Positions 15,874-25,225 are shown, counted from the first letter of the stretch. The stretch: DNA of 64,000 nucleotides from Verrucomicrobia bacterium UBA6176 (GCA_002422905.1 DITU01000107.1:134633-198632), one strand, 5' to 3'. The notes: generated by a model not told the origin, from the letters alone. Made by a program: numbers and translations.

Positions 15874-17384
15874 GGGGCGGGTGCGGGGGAATCGAGGAGG
15901 TAGCCTTCGAGGCGGGTGATGCGGAGGACGTTCCGGACTGGAGGACTGGGATTGGTATAGGTCAGCCGCTGATGGCGGCGCCCGGTCTCCCGCTTGAATC
16001 TCAGGAGCAATCCGACGCCGGTGCTGTCGATGAAATCGACCTGGGAAAGGTCGAAGTTCACCGGGGTTTCGCAGGAGATGGAAGAGATGCGGGACTGGAT
16101 GCTCTGGGCGAATTCGCCGGCGTTGGCGGCGGTGATTTCGCCCCGCCAGGAGACGGTCGGGGTTGAAGGGGGGCCGGCCAACTGGACAGGAGGTTGCTCG
16201 GGTCGCAGCGAGAGCATCTGGAGGGCTGTGGATTGATCCGGGGCGGAGGGAAAGAATTCGAGGAGCTTCATCCCCTGCAGGATGGAGGTGACGACGGCCG
16301 GAATCGAAATCAGGACCAGCCCGTGCTTCGATTCGCGCGCGGTCTTGCGGAGTCGGACCAGCAATCCGATCCCGGTGCTGTCGATGAACGTCACTTCCGA
16401 AAGGTCCATGACGACATCGGATCCACTCACCTTCTCCAGCCATTCCTTCTGCACGACGGTGGCCGACGCGGCGTCGATACGGGTCGGGGGAACGATCAGG
16501 ATATGGGGAGCGGATGCATGGTTCGGGGGTGGCCCGGACGGGATGGGGTCCGGCTGGATTGCGGCCGGGCGCGGGGAGCACTGGGCCGGATGCGGGGGGC
16601 GGCTGCGCATCTGCCACCATTGACGCAGGATGGCGGTGCTGAAAACCCGGAGGTCCTTGGAGTAGCGCCGGACCAGCCGGGACGGTTCCTGGCACATGCG
16701 GTAGATCCATTCGGTCCCCGTCTTCTGCATCCACATCGGGGCCCGATTGAAGGTGCCGGCGAGGAAATCAATGGTGGCGCCCACCCCGACACTGAACGGG
16801 ACTCCCGCCGCCTGGAGGTTCATCCAGATCCATTTCTCCTGCTTGGGGCATCCGAAGGCGACCAGAAGGATGTCCGGGGCGGCCTGCCGGATGCGCTCCA
16901 GGATGTCGGAATGGTTCATGTCCAGGAGGGGACTGAACGGCGGTGAGTAGGCACCGACCAACTGGAGGGCGGGATGGAGTTCCCGGGTGCGCGACGCGGC
17001 AGCGGCCACGCTCTGCTCGGTGCCTCCGAGGAAGAAGACCTTCCAACCCTCACGTTCGGCACGTTCGAGCAGGAGGGGGACCAGGCCGGACCCGGTGACG
17101 CGTTCAGGAAGGGGGTTCCCGAGGAAACGGGAGGCCCAGACGATCGGTTGGCCATCGGCCATCACCAGGTGGGCGTCGAAAAGGATGCGACGCAGTTCCA
17201 CGTCTTCGAGGGATTGGACGAGGAAATCCACGTTGGCTGTCGCGGCGTAGTGTGGTCGACGCGAACGGACCATCTCGGCGATGAGGTCGAGTGTCTCCTG
17301 GGTCGTTACGTTGTCGAACACCACTCCAAGAACAGCAACGGGGGGCTTGCAGGGCCGGATCGGCGATTGTCCTGCGGGGGGCAT
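15870..17384 (-). CDS. WecB/TagA/CpsF-family (GT26) glycosyltransferase fused to two C-terminal STAS domains
   Basis: The GT26 core is VLGVVFDNVTTQETLDLI..TANVDFLVQS..VMADGQPIVWASRF..VFFLGG..LLVAFGCPKQEKWI. A Pro-rich linker follows, then two STAS units, each with the FIDSTG(I/V)GLL motif (MDLSEVTFIDSTGIGLLVRLRK and FDLSQVDFIDSTGVGLLLRFKR). I chose the ATG at 17384; the track start at 17423 is a TTG. Confidence 0.85.
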   Translation of the reverse strand: MPPAGQSPIRPCKPPVAVLGVVFDNVTTQETLDLIAEMVRSRRPHYAATANVDFLVQSLEDVELRRILFDAHLVMADGQPIVWASRFLGNPLPERVTGSGLVPLLLERAEREGWKVFFLGGTEQSVAAAASRTRELHPALQLVGAYSPPFSPLLDMNHSDILERIRQAAPDILLVAFGCPKQEKWIWMNLQAAGVPFSVGVGATIDFLAGTFNRAPMWMQKTGTEWIYRMCQEPSRLVRRYSKDLRVFSTAILRQWWQMRSRPPHPAQCSPRPAAIQPDPIPSGPPPNHASAPHILIVPPTRIDAASATVVQKEWLEKVSGSDVVMDLSEVTFIDSTGIGLLVRLRKTARESKHGLVLISIPAVVTSILQGMKLLEFFPSAPDQSTALQMLSLRPEQPPVQLAGPPSTPTVSWRGEITAANAGEFAQSIQSRISSISCETPVNFDLSQVDFIDSTGVGLLLRFKRETGRRHQRLTYTNPSPPVRNVLRITRLEGYLLDSPAPAP

Positions 17385-17430
17385 GTCGGAGGAGTCACTA
17401 CCCAATTGAGGTTGGGATTCCAAGTGCCGG

Positions 17431-18843
17431 TTGCGTCGTCAGGTCGATTGGGCGTGTAATCTGACAGGCGCGTTGACGACGATTGACTTCATCAAGCTGG
17501 CGATTCTGGTGCCCTTTTTCATGGTGCTGGCGCCCTTGTGTGGGGTGGTCCTGAAGGGACGTCCCTCGTGGCAGCGGTTCGCATTCGCGATGCTGTGTTT
17601 CATGACCCTGAACGGCTTTCTCGGACCCGGGAACTGGGGGCTCACGCTGGGTTCGATCGAGGCGTACCGGGGCCACACCAAGGGCTTCCACTTCTACTTC
17701 AACCATGCCATCGCCATCGCCCTCATCAGTGCCCGATGGCTGGAAGATCGGCGCTCCTTCCGTTGGTTCCCGCCCGGCCTGGGATTGTATCTCCTCTACT
17801 GCGCCATCTCGCTGGTGTCGCTGGTCAACGCGCCATCGCCCGGCCTGGTCTGGATGGCCGCCCACAAGATGATCTTTGCGTCGGTCCTTTTGATCGCGGC
17901 GTTCAACCAGTTGAGGTCGGATGCGGACCTGCGGTTTTTCCTGCGGGTGATGGTCTGGGTGATGACCTGGGAGCTGCTGGTCTGCCTGAAGTTGAAGTAC
18001 CTGGACGGCATGTATCAGGTGCGCGGAACCTTCGAGCACCAGAATCCGCTCGCGATGTACTCGGTCCTCGTCGGGATGATCCTGCTCGCGGTCGGGTTGG
18101 GTCCGCCGCAACCGGAGAGCAGGTCCTACGTGTTCGGTTACCTGGTGTGCGCCGCGATCGTCCAGAGCACGCTGTCGCGGGGGGCGCTGGCGATGTTCGC
18201 CGTCGGGTCGGTCATGGTGGTCGTGGTCAGCCTGGCTGAGAAGCTTACCGTACGTCGGGTGGTCATGGTCGGGGTGTTGGGCCTGGTGGGCCTGATTGGA
18301 TTGGTTCTCGCGCTCGACAGCATCGTTTCCCGTTTCAATGATCGGGGAAATGCGGCCAGCGGTCAGTTGCGCGAAGTCATGAACCGGGCGTCCATGGAAA
18401 TGGTTCGGGATCATCCCCTGGGCATCGGATGGAACAACTTCGCGCTGGTGGTGAATCCGCCGCATCGCTACGCGGACATCTACTACGACTGGAATCGGGA
18501 AAGGGGAATGGCGGTGGATGAAACCAAGGCCAACGCGGTAGTGGAAAGCCACTACTACCTGTTGCTCGCCGAGACCGGATGGCTGGGGTTGGCCAGCTAT
18601 TGCCTGCTGATCGTCGCCGGTTTGTGGTGGAACCTGAAGTCGTTCCTGCTCCTGCCCCATTCCTTCAGGCGTACCCTCGCCCTGGGCATCGCCACCGGTT
18701 GCGCCCTCAACTACGCGCAGAGCAGTCTGGAACGGGTGCTTGTCCAGCCCCGCAACCTGATGCTGTGGCTCGTGGTCGCGGGTGTGACGGGGAGGCTGGA
18801 AGTCATGCGGCGCGACGCCGCCAAACGAAAGGCCGGCCAGTGA
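17431..18843 (+). CDS. O-antigen ligase / Wzy-like polymerase family membrane protein
   Basis: It has at least 10 hydrophobic helices and a loop with the motif ESHYYLLLAETGWLGLASYCLL, typical of Wzy_C. The start is uncertain: 17431 is a TTG, and alternatives are the TTG at 17473 and the ATG at 17521. Confidence 0.8.
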   Translation: MRRQVDWACNLTGALTTIDFIKLAILVPFFMVLAPLCGVVLKGRPSWQRFAFAMLCFMTLNGFLGPGNWGLTLGSIEAYRGHTKGFHFYFNHAIAIALISARWLEDRRSFRWFPPGLGLYLLYCAISLVSLVNAPSPGLVWMAAHKMIFASVLLIAAFNQLRSDADLRFFLRVMVWVMTWELLVCLKLKYLDGMYQVRGTFEHQNPLAMYSVLVGMILLAVGLGPPQPESRSYVFGYLVCAAIVQSTLSRGALAMFAVGSVMVVVVSLAEKLTVRRVVMVGVLGLVGLIGLVLALDSIVSRFNDRGNAASGQLREVMNRASMEMVRDHPLGIGWNNFALVVNPPHRYADIYYDWNRERGMAVDETKANAVVESHYYLLLAETGWLGLASYCLLIVAGLWWNLKSFLLLPHSFRRTLALGIATGCALNYAQSSLERVLVQPRNLMLWLVVAGVTGRLEVMRRDAAKRKAGQ

Positions 18844-19250
18844 AGCCAGCTCCTGTTGGTCGGGGACGTTCCTTCCCACTCGTGGCCGGATGGTTCCTCC
18901 TGTTGTGTCTCCTCGTTCTCGCGCCCTGGCTGGCCATTGTCCGATCCGACCGCTCGATCCTTGTCCTCTACAACGAGTCGGGAGCTTCCATTCCCGCCCT
19001 GCGCATCCAGGTGTGTGGCCAGGTGTTCCATCGGAATTCCATGCCGGACGACACCTCGTCGCGATGGGTGCTGGAGAAGGTCGGCAGCCCGTCGGAGATC
19101 CAGCTCGAGTTGGCGACGGAACCCGTCGTCCTCTGGTCCGGTGGCTTCATGGAACCGCGGGGAGGCCATCGGGTGGTGTTGCGGGTGCAATCGGACAATT
19201 CGGTGGAATCGGACAGCAGCCGCACGGTGTGGTCGCGGATCCTGGATTGA
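18840..19250 (+). CDS. Hypothetical membrane-anchored protein
   Basis: A GTG at 18840 overlaps the Wzy-like stop (GTGA). The N-terminal TM is FPLVAGWFLLLCLLVLAPWLAIV, followed by a beta-rich soluble part of about 100 aa. I recognise no family. Confidence 0.4.
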   Translation: MKPAPVGRGRSFPLVAGWFLLLCLLVLAPWLAIVRSDRSILVLYNESGASIPALRIQVCGQVFHRNSMPDDTSSRWVLEKVGSPSEIQLELATEPVVLWSGGFMEPRGGHRVVLRVQSDNSVESDSSRTVWSRILD

Positions 19251-19592
19251 ACCGGTGGGGGATGGGGTGTTGGGAAGCCGCCCAACTCTCCGGACGGATC
19301 CGAGGCGATGTCGATCCACGCCGGCCACAACCGCCTTGCGGTTGGAATTCATGGGGATGCTTTCCCCGGGGTAGGTCCTCGTTTCTCGGACCCACCCTGT
19401 GATCGTTTGCCTCAACGCCGTTGGCGTTCGTGGCCGGGGCGCATGCGCAATACCCGAAGGCGGAATATTTGAACCCGACCCCATTGGCTCCGCTGTCGGA
19501 GGGGGAGGGCTGAGTGACTCCGGCGACCGGACGTCGCCGCCCCGTGCCGGCGTTGACACCCGCGGGTGGTCTCCGGATGGTTGCCGTCCCCT

Positions 19593-21362
19593 ATGGCGGA
19601 ATCGAAACCGAATGAGTTGATGGAAAAGGTGGTGAGCCTCTGCAAACGCCGCGGATTTGTTTATCAATCCTCCGAGGTGTACGGCGGCATCAATGGGTTC
19701 TGGGATTACGGTCCCCTGGGCGCGGAGTTGAAGCGCAACGTGAAGGAGTTGTGGTGGACCTCGATGACTCGGATGCGCGATGACGTGGTGGGCCTGGAAG
19801 CCACCATCATCATGCATCCGCAGATCTGGCGTGCGTCCGGCCATGTCGACACGTTCACCGATCCCATGTGCGATTGCCTGCTGACGCGGAAGCGCCTGCG
19901 GTCGGACCAGATCGAGCCGCAATCGGGGACGGCGTATCACTACAGCGGGGCGAGCGATGCGGGGAGTGGGCGGGCGGTATCGGAGCCGTACTCGGTGCTG
20001 GTGCAGGCGGGGAAACCGGTGGAGAGCGCGCGGAAGATCGCCATCCAATTCTACCAGGCGCGCGGATTGGCGGCGGTGACGCTGGAAGGTGAGCGGGCGG
20101 AGAAGGTTGAGAATTCGCAGCGCTACAATCCGGACAACGGTTCGCTGCTGACCGAGCCGCGACCGTTCAACCTCATGTTCAAGACCCATGTGGGTCCGGT
20201 GCCGGACGAGGACAACGTGGCCTATCTGCGACCGGAGACGGCGCAGGCGATCTTCGCGCAGTTCAAGAATGTGCTGGAGACCTCGCGTCAGAAGGTGCCG
20301 TTCGGGATTGCGCAGACGGGGAAGGCATTCCGGAACGAGGTGACGCCGAGGAATTTCACGTTCCGCTCCCGCGAATTCGAGCAGATGGAACTCGAGTTCT
20401 TCATCCGGCCGGACGAAGTGGTGGAGGTGTTGACGGGGAGCGTGGCGACGCCGACGGCGCCGGGGCATCCGGGAGAGCCGGAGCGGAACTGGGGCTGGCA
20501 ATTGTGGCACCAGTACTGGGTGGAAGAACGCATCCGCTTCTATGAGGGAATTGGACTGCCGCGCACCTCGCTCGAAGAGTACTGGCAGAAACCGGATGAA
20601 CTGGCGCACTACGCGCGGGCGACGGTGGATCTCCTGTTCAAGTTCCCGTTCGGGACGCAGGAACTGGAAGGGATCGCGGCGCGAAGCGACTTCGACCTGA
20701 GCCAGCATGAGCGGAGTTCGGGGAAGTCGATGGGGGTATTTGACGAAGAGTTGCGGACGGCGTGGGGCAAGCTGGATGAAGCGACCCGAGAACGGATCGG
20801 AAGTTCGTACTTCGAGCATCGGCGGGGATACCTGGTGAAGGCCGGGGTGCCGGCTGAATTGGCGGAGAAGAAGGCGCGTGAGGATGTGGAGGGATTGGCC
20901 AAGGGACAGTACATCCCGCATGTGATCGAGCCTTCGGCGGGGGTGGACCGGTTGATCCTGGCGTTGTTGACCCATGCGTATTCGGAGGTGACGACCACGG
21001 ACGACAAGGGGAAGAGCGAGACCCGGGTGATCCTGCGGTTCCATCCGCGGGTGGCGCCGATCAAGGTGGGGGTGTTTCCGCTGTTGAAGAACAAGCCGGA
21101 ACTGGTGGCGAAGGCGCGAGAGGTGCATGCGTTGTTGCGCGGTCAGATGATGGCGTTCTACGACGACGGCGGGGCGATCGGGCGCCGTTATGCGCGACAG
21201 GACGAGGCGGGGACGCCGTTCTGTGTGACGATCGATTTCGATACGCTGGGAGAGACCCCTGAGTTGAAGGACACGGTCACCCTGCGGCATCGGGATGACG
21301 GCCGACAGGAACGGTTGCCCATGGGTGGGCTGCTGGAGTTCCTGCGGGAGAGGATCCATTGA
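19593..21362 (+). CDS. glyQS: Glycine--tRNA ligase (dimeric class II GlyQS type)
   Basis: The motifs are LMEKVVSLCKRRGFVYQSSEVYGGINGFWDYGPLGAELKRNV, YLRPETAQAIF, FRNEVTPRNFTFRSREFEQMELEFF and IEPSAGVDR. I chose the ATG at 19593 (MAESKPNE). Confidence 0.95.
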   Translation: MAESKPNELMEKVVSLCKRRGFVYQSSEVYGGINGFWDYGPLGAELKRNVKELWWTSMTRMRDDVVGLEATIIMHPQIWRASGHVDTFTDPMCDCLLTRKRLRSDQIEPQSGTAYHYSGASDAGSGRAVSEPYSVLVQAGKPVESARKIAIQFYQARGLAAVTLEGERAEKVENSQRYNPDNGSLLTEPRPFNLMFKTHVGPVPDEDNVAYLRPETAQAIFAQFKNVLETSRQKVPFGIAQTGKAFRNEVTPRNFTFRSREFEQMELEFFIRPDEVVEVLTGSVATPTAPGHPGEPERNWGWQLWHQYWVEERIRFYEGIGLPRTSLEEYWQKPDELAHYARATVDLLFKFPFGTQELEGIAARSDFDLSQHERSSGKSMGVFDEELRTAWGKLDEATRERIGSSYFEHRRGYLVKAGVPAELAEKKAREDVEGLAKGQYIPHVIEPSAGVDRLILALLTHAYSEVTTTDDKGKSETRVILRFHPRVAPIKVGVFPLLKNKPELVAKAREVHALLRGQMMAFYDDGGAIGRRYARQDEAGTPFCVTIDFDTLGETPELKDTVTLRHRDDGRQERLPMGGLLEFLRERIH

Positions 21363-21394
21363 ACTTCCCGGGAGGAATCCCCATTGCGGCGCGG

Positions 21395-22390
21395 ATGAGC
21401 CAGTCGAACCGCATCTCCTATGCCTTCATGGTGGGGCTGCTGCTGTTGGTGGCGTCGATGCACATGATGGTGCCGTTGATCACGGTGCTGTTCGCATTCT
21501 TCGCACTGAACCGTCTGAGTTTCGGGCGGCGCTGGGTGGGGGTGATCCTGTTCTGTGTGTTGTTGTTGGGGGTTTCCCAGGGGTTCTGGTTCTTTGCGAA
21601 ACAGGCGTTCGTGGCGTTGCCCAAGATCGCCAACGAATCCATTCCCCGGATCATCGACTACGCGGAGTCCCTCGGGTTCGAGCTCCCGTTCTCGGACATG
21701 AAAAGCCTGAGGGTCATGGTGATGACCCGGGTACAGGACCAGTTCGCCCAGTTGAACCAGTTGGCGGGCATCGGTCATTACCTGCGGATCGCCGCGGTGG
21801 AGACCGTCAGCATCCTGATTGGAATCGTGGTGGCGATCAGCCTGTTCCTGACGCGGAAACTGGATCTGGGCAGTTATCCGGGGGCTTCGGAAGACAACCT
21901 GTACACGGCGATCGGGCTGTCGATCGTGGAACGGTTCAAGACGTTCTATGACAGTTTCGCCACGGTGATGGGCGCCCAGCTGGTCATCTCACTGATCAAC
22001 ACCGCGCTCACCTCGATCTTCCTGTTGTGGAATGGCTATCCGCATCTGCTGGTGGTCGTGGTGCTGACCTTTGTCCTCGGGTTGTTGCCCATCCTGGGCA
22101 ATCTCCTCAGCAATGCGCTGATCATCGGGATCGGGTTCACGCTTTCCCATCAGACGGCGCTGTTCGCGCTGCTCTTCCTGATGGCGATCCACAAGCTCGA
22201 GTACTTCCTGAACTCGAAGATCATCGGGGACCGTATCCGCAATCCCATGTGGCTGACGTTGCTGGGATTGGTGTTGGGAGAACGTCTGATGGGGATTTCC
22301 GGGATGATCCTCGCGCCGGTCTTCCTGCATTACATCAAGGTCGAGACGTCGCGGTTGAAGGCTGAACAGGAACGCGCCGGGTCGGCTTGA
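21395..22390 (+). CDS. AI-2E family transporter (PerM/UPF0118)
   Basis: It is a multi-TM protein with the motif LLPILGNLLSNALIIGIGF..LFLMAIHKLEYFLNSKIIGDRIRNPMWLTLLGLVLGERLMGISGMILAP, which is characteristic of the family. I chose the ATG at 21395; the track start at 21359 is a TTG. Confidence 0.85.
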   Translation: MSQSNRISYAFMVGLLLLVASMHMMVPLITVLFAFFALNRLSFGRRWVGVILFCVLLLGVSQGFWFFAKQAFVALPKIANESIPRIIDYAESLGFELPFSDMKSLRVMVMTRVQDQFAQLNQLAGIGHYLRIAAVETVSILIGIVVAISLFLTRKLDLGSYPGASEDNLYTAIGLSIVERFKTFYDSFATVMGAQLVISLINTALTSIFLLWNGYPHLLVVVVLTFVLGLLPILGNLLSNALIIGIGFTLSHQTALFALLFLMAIHKLEYFLNSKIIGDRIRNPMWLTLLGLVLGERLMGISGMILAPVFLHYIKVETSRLKAEQERAGSA

Positions 22391-22738
22391 ACCCCCTTCC
22401 ACGGGCAGTGAAATCCACCAACTGCATCGATTCAGGCTGGGACCGCAGTTGGTATCCGCAGATGGGTGGTTCAAGAACCGGGGAGGGATCTCGACCACGA
22501 ACCTCACGAAAGGACACGGGATCCGAGCCCTCTCCCTGCGGCAGGATCGTTCCAGATCTTCTCCCGCAATGCCTTGGTGGAAGCGTGGACGTCTTTCGGA
22601 GGCAGGTGGGTCCGTCGTCATCGCATTCGGTGGCTGCCCTGTTTCTGGTTTGATGCAGTGGGATTGATGGGGGCTGAAGGCGCCGACGGCTTTCACCTTG
22701 CCAGACCGGATTGGGCGGGGGGTAACTGGTTGAGGAAG

Positions 22739-23521
22739 ATGAAGGAGCACAATCACAGGGATCTGAAAGGGGCGGGATCTGGGTTCACCTTGATCGAACT
22801 GCTGGTGGTGATAGCGATCATTGCGATCCTGGCGGGGATGCTGTTGCCGGCGTTGGCGAAGGCGCGCGAGAAGGCGGTTCGGCTGTCGTGCCTGAACAAC
22901 GTCAAGCAGATGGGATACGGCTGCATCATGTATGCGGATGACGATCGCGAGGGAAGGTTCACGCCTTTGCGCAGCTATCTCGATGACGACATCAACTTCC
23001 TGTTTCCGAAGTATATTCCGTCGCTGCGGACGTTCCTGTGTCCGGCGACCAAGAACAATGTCCGGACGAACCGGCAGGTGATCCCGAGCACGGGGGTGGC
23101 GAGCATGGTGGATCTGCGGGATGTGGCGCCGAGCAAATGGGCGAATGGCTACTCGTACGAGATCTACGGCCACATGCGGGTGATCGGGCCGGAGACATCG
23201 GGATCGATCCCCAAGACGATCACGAGCGTGCAGAACTATGAACGGGTGAACAGCGTGCCCAAGTTCGGGTTGTCTCGCGGGCAACGGATCGGCCCGTCGG
23301 ACATCTGGATTTTTGTCGATGCCGACGAAGGACCGACGCGTGGGCCGAACGGCGAGATTCTGGATCCGCCGGGAGTGAATGATTCACCGGACAAATGGGA
23401 CAACCACGGTGCGGCGGGAGTGAACGCGGTGTTCTGCGATGGTCACGCGGAGTGGGTTCAGGGGAGGCAGTTCGGAAAGCGCCTGGAGACTTCGCAGGAC
23501 ATTGGACGGACCCGTGATTAG
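22739..23521 (+). CDS. Prepilin-type N-terminal cleavage/methylation domain protein (pseudopilin-like, DUF1559/H-X9-DG-like C-terminus)
   Basis: The ATG is at 22739. The N-terminus is [34 protein letters not shown] and the C-terminus is [20 protein letters not shown]. Confidence 0.85.
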   Translation: MKEHNHRDLKGAGSGFTLIELLVVIAIIAILAGMLLPALAKAREKAVRLSCLNNVKQMGYGCIMYADDDREGRFTPLRSYLDDDINFLFPKYIPSLRTFLCPATKNNVRTNRQVIPSTGVASMVDLRDVAPSKWANGYSYEIYGHMRVIGPETSGSIPKTITSVQNYERVNSVPKFGLSRGQRIGPSDIWIFVDADEGPTRGPNGEILDPPGVNDSPDKWDNHGAAGVNAVFCDGHAEWVQGRQFGKRLETSQDIGRTRD

Positions 23522-23533
23522 CATGGGGGCATC

Positions 23534-24556
23534 ATGATCATCGTATTGAAGCCGGGGACGAGTTCCCGGGATGAGAAGGCAGTGCTGACCGAGATCCGGC
23601 GGTTGGGGTACAAGCCGCACGTGATGCGTGGAGTGGCCCACGTGGTGATCGGGGCGATCGGGGATGAGCGGGTGAATCCGCCATTGGACACGTTGCGGGC
23701 GTGGGCCCAGGTGGAGTCGGTGACGCCGGTGCAGAAGCGGCACAAACTGGTGAGCCGGCAGGCGCATCCGGCCAACAGCACGATCCGGGTGGGGAACGTG
23801 GAAATTGGCGGGAGTGAAGTGGTGGTGATGGCGGGGCCGTGTTCGGTGGAGAGTGAGAAGCAGTTGATGGTGACGGCGGAAGCGGTGGCGCGGGCGGGGG
23901 CGAAGATATTGCGGGGCGGAGCCTTCAAGCCGCGAACCTCGCCCTATGAATTCCAGGGCCTGGGAGAGAAGGGATTGAAGCTGTTGTCGAAGGCGAAGAA
24001 GCGCACCGGATTGCCCATCATCACCGAGTTGTTGTCGGAAGATCACGTGGACCTGGTGGCGGAACACGCGGACATCCTGCAGATCGGGGCACGCAACGCG
24101 CAGAACTTCCAGTTGTTGATCGCGGCGGCGCGGACGGGGAAGGCGATCCTGCTGAAGCGCGGGTTGTCGATGAAGGTGGATGAATGGTTGTTGGCGGGGG
24201 AATACGTGTTGGCGAACGGCAACCGCAACGTGCTGTTCTGCGAACGCGGCATCCGCACCTTCGAGACCTACACCCGCAACACGCTGGATCTCGGGGCCAT
24301 CCCGATTGTGAAACAGGAGTCGCATCTGCCGGTGGTGATCGATCCCAGCCAGGGCGGTGGCCGGGCGGATCTGGTGGCCTCGTTCTGCAAGGGGGCGGTG
24401 GCGATGGGCGCGGATGCATTGCTGATCGAGGTGCATCCGAATCCGAAGGAGGCGCTGAGCGATGGAGCGCAGCAGTTGGATCTCGGAGGATTTGCGCGGT
24501 TGATGGACGAGTTGCGACCCCTGGCGAAGGCGGTGGGGCGATCGATGGCGGGATGA
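23534..24556 (+). CDS. aroF: 3-deoxy-7-phosphoheptulonate (DAHP) synthase, type I-beta with an N-terminal ferredoxin-like regulatory domain
   Basis: The motifs are MIIVLKPGTS..VIGAIGD, GPCSVES, LRGGAFKPRTSPYEFQGLG, ADILQIGARN, LLKRG and VIDPSQGGG. Confidence 0.9.
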   Translation: MIIVLKPGTSSRDEKAVLTEIRRLGYKPHVMRGVAHVVIGAIGDERVNPPLDTLRAWAQVESVTPVQKRHKLVSRQAHPANSTIRVGNVEIGGSEVVVMAGPCSVESEKQLMVTAEAVARAGAKILRGGAFKPRTSPYEFQGLGEKGLKLLSKAKKRTGLPIITELLSEDHVDLVAEHADILQIGARNAQNFQLLIAAARTGKAILLKRGLSMKVDEWLLAGEYVLANGNRNVLFCERGIRTFETYTRNTLDLGAIPIVKQESHLPVVIDPSQGGGRADLVASFCKGAVAMGADALLIEVHPNPKEALSDGAQQLDLGGFARLMDELRPLAKAVGRSMAG

Positions 24557-24591
24557 GGCGGGGGCGGGGATAAGTAGGGGGGACACGCCGT

Positions 24592-24943
24592 GTGCCGATC
24601 AGTTCGTGCTCGCCCCCGTCATCGTACTCGTACTCGGTCCCAGAACCTCCCCGAGCCGGTCCCCTCGGATAGGACGGATTGGTACCTGTTTACCACAGGG
24701 GACACAGAGGACACAGAGGGTTGAAGAGCCGGACGTGGGATCAATCGATCCCTTGGGTTCCCGACTCTGTGTGCTCTGTGCTCTCTGTGGTGAAACAACA
24801 GCCCCGGTTCCCCGGAGCGTGTCCTTGAGCACTTTGACAAAAGGGTTTCACGCGAAGGCGCCAAGAACGCGAAGAATACAGGGGGCGGTGACCGGTGCGT
24901 TCCGAAATCCTTGCGAGGACGTGTACGAGGCGCCGCAACCCTT
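24592..24943 (+). repeat. Palindromic repeat element, copy A (full-length unit of about 350 nt; hairpin arms at 24693-24719 and 24765-24790)
   Basis: The arms are built from tandem CACAGAGGA-type 9-mers: CCACAGGGGACACAGAGGACACAGAGG pairs with the inverted CTCTGTGTGCTCTGTGCTCTCTGTGG. The whole unit, including both flanks, recurs at 24944-25225 and, inverted, at about 46070-46450. Confidence 0.8.
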
Positions 24944-25225
24944 ATGCCGATGATTTCGTACTCGTACCCGCCCCCGTCATCGTACTCGTACCCGGTTCCA
25001 GAACGCCCTGAGCCTTTCCCCTCGGATAGGACGGATTGGTACCTGTTTACCACAGAGGACACAGAGGACACAGAGGGTTGAGGAGCCGGACGTGGGATCA
25101 ACCAATCACTCCGGGTTCCCGACTCTGTGTGCTCTGTGCTCTCTGTGGTGAAACAGCCCCGGTTCCCCGGAGCCTGTCCCTCACCACGTTGATGAGTTCG
25201 TCTTCGTACTGTCATCGCCCCATTC
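24944..25225 (+). repeat. Palindromic repeat element, copy B (tandem to A; hairpin arms at 25050-25076 and 25123-25148; about 100 nt of the 3' flank is deleted)
   Basis: It is near-identical to copy A from TGCCGAT..GTCATCGTACTCGTAC through the hairpin to CCCCGGTTCCCCGGAGC. It then jumps directly to the TTCGT.CT.CGTAC..GTCATCG motif that begins a unit. Confidence 0.8.

Noticed and set aside
17398-18879. A 493-aa minus-strand ORF opposite the Wzy-like gene.
   Set aside because: It is a His/Gln/Arg/Pro-rich shadow ORF. The plus strand encodes a coherent multi-TM protein with a Wzy_C-type motif.
18711-21359. An 882-aa minus-strand ORF covering the glyQS region.
   Set aside because: It is Arg/Pro/His-rich with no recognisable domain. 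The plus strand encodes an unmistakable glycine--tRNA ligase.
24592-25225. A possible CRISPR array, suggested by the short repeated motifs.
   Set aside because: The repeats are inverted arms of hairpins made of 9-mers. They are not direct 25-40-nt repeats separated by unique spacers of regular length. There are only two units and no cas genes in the window.
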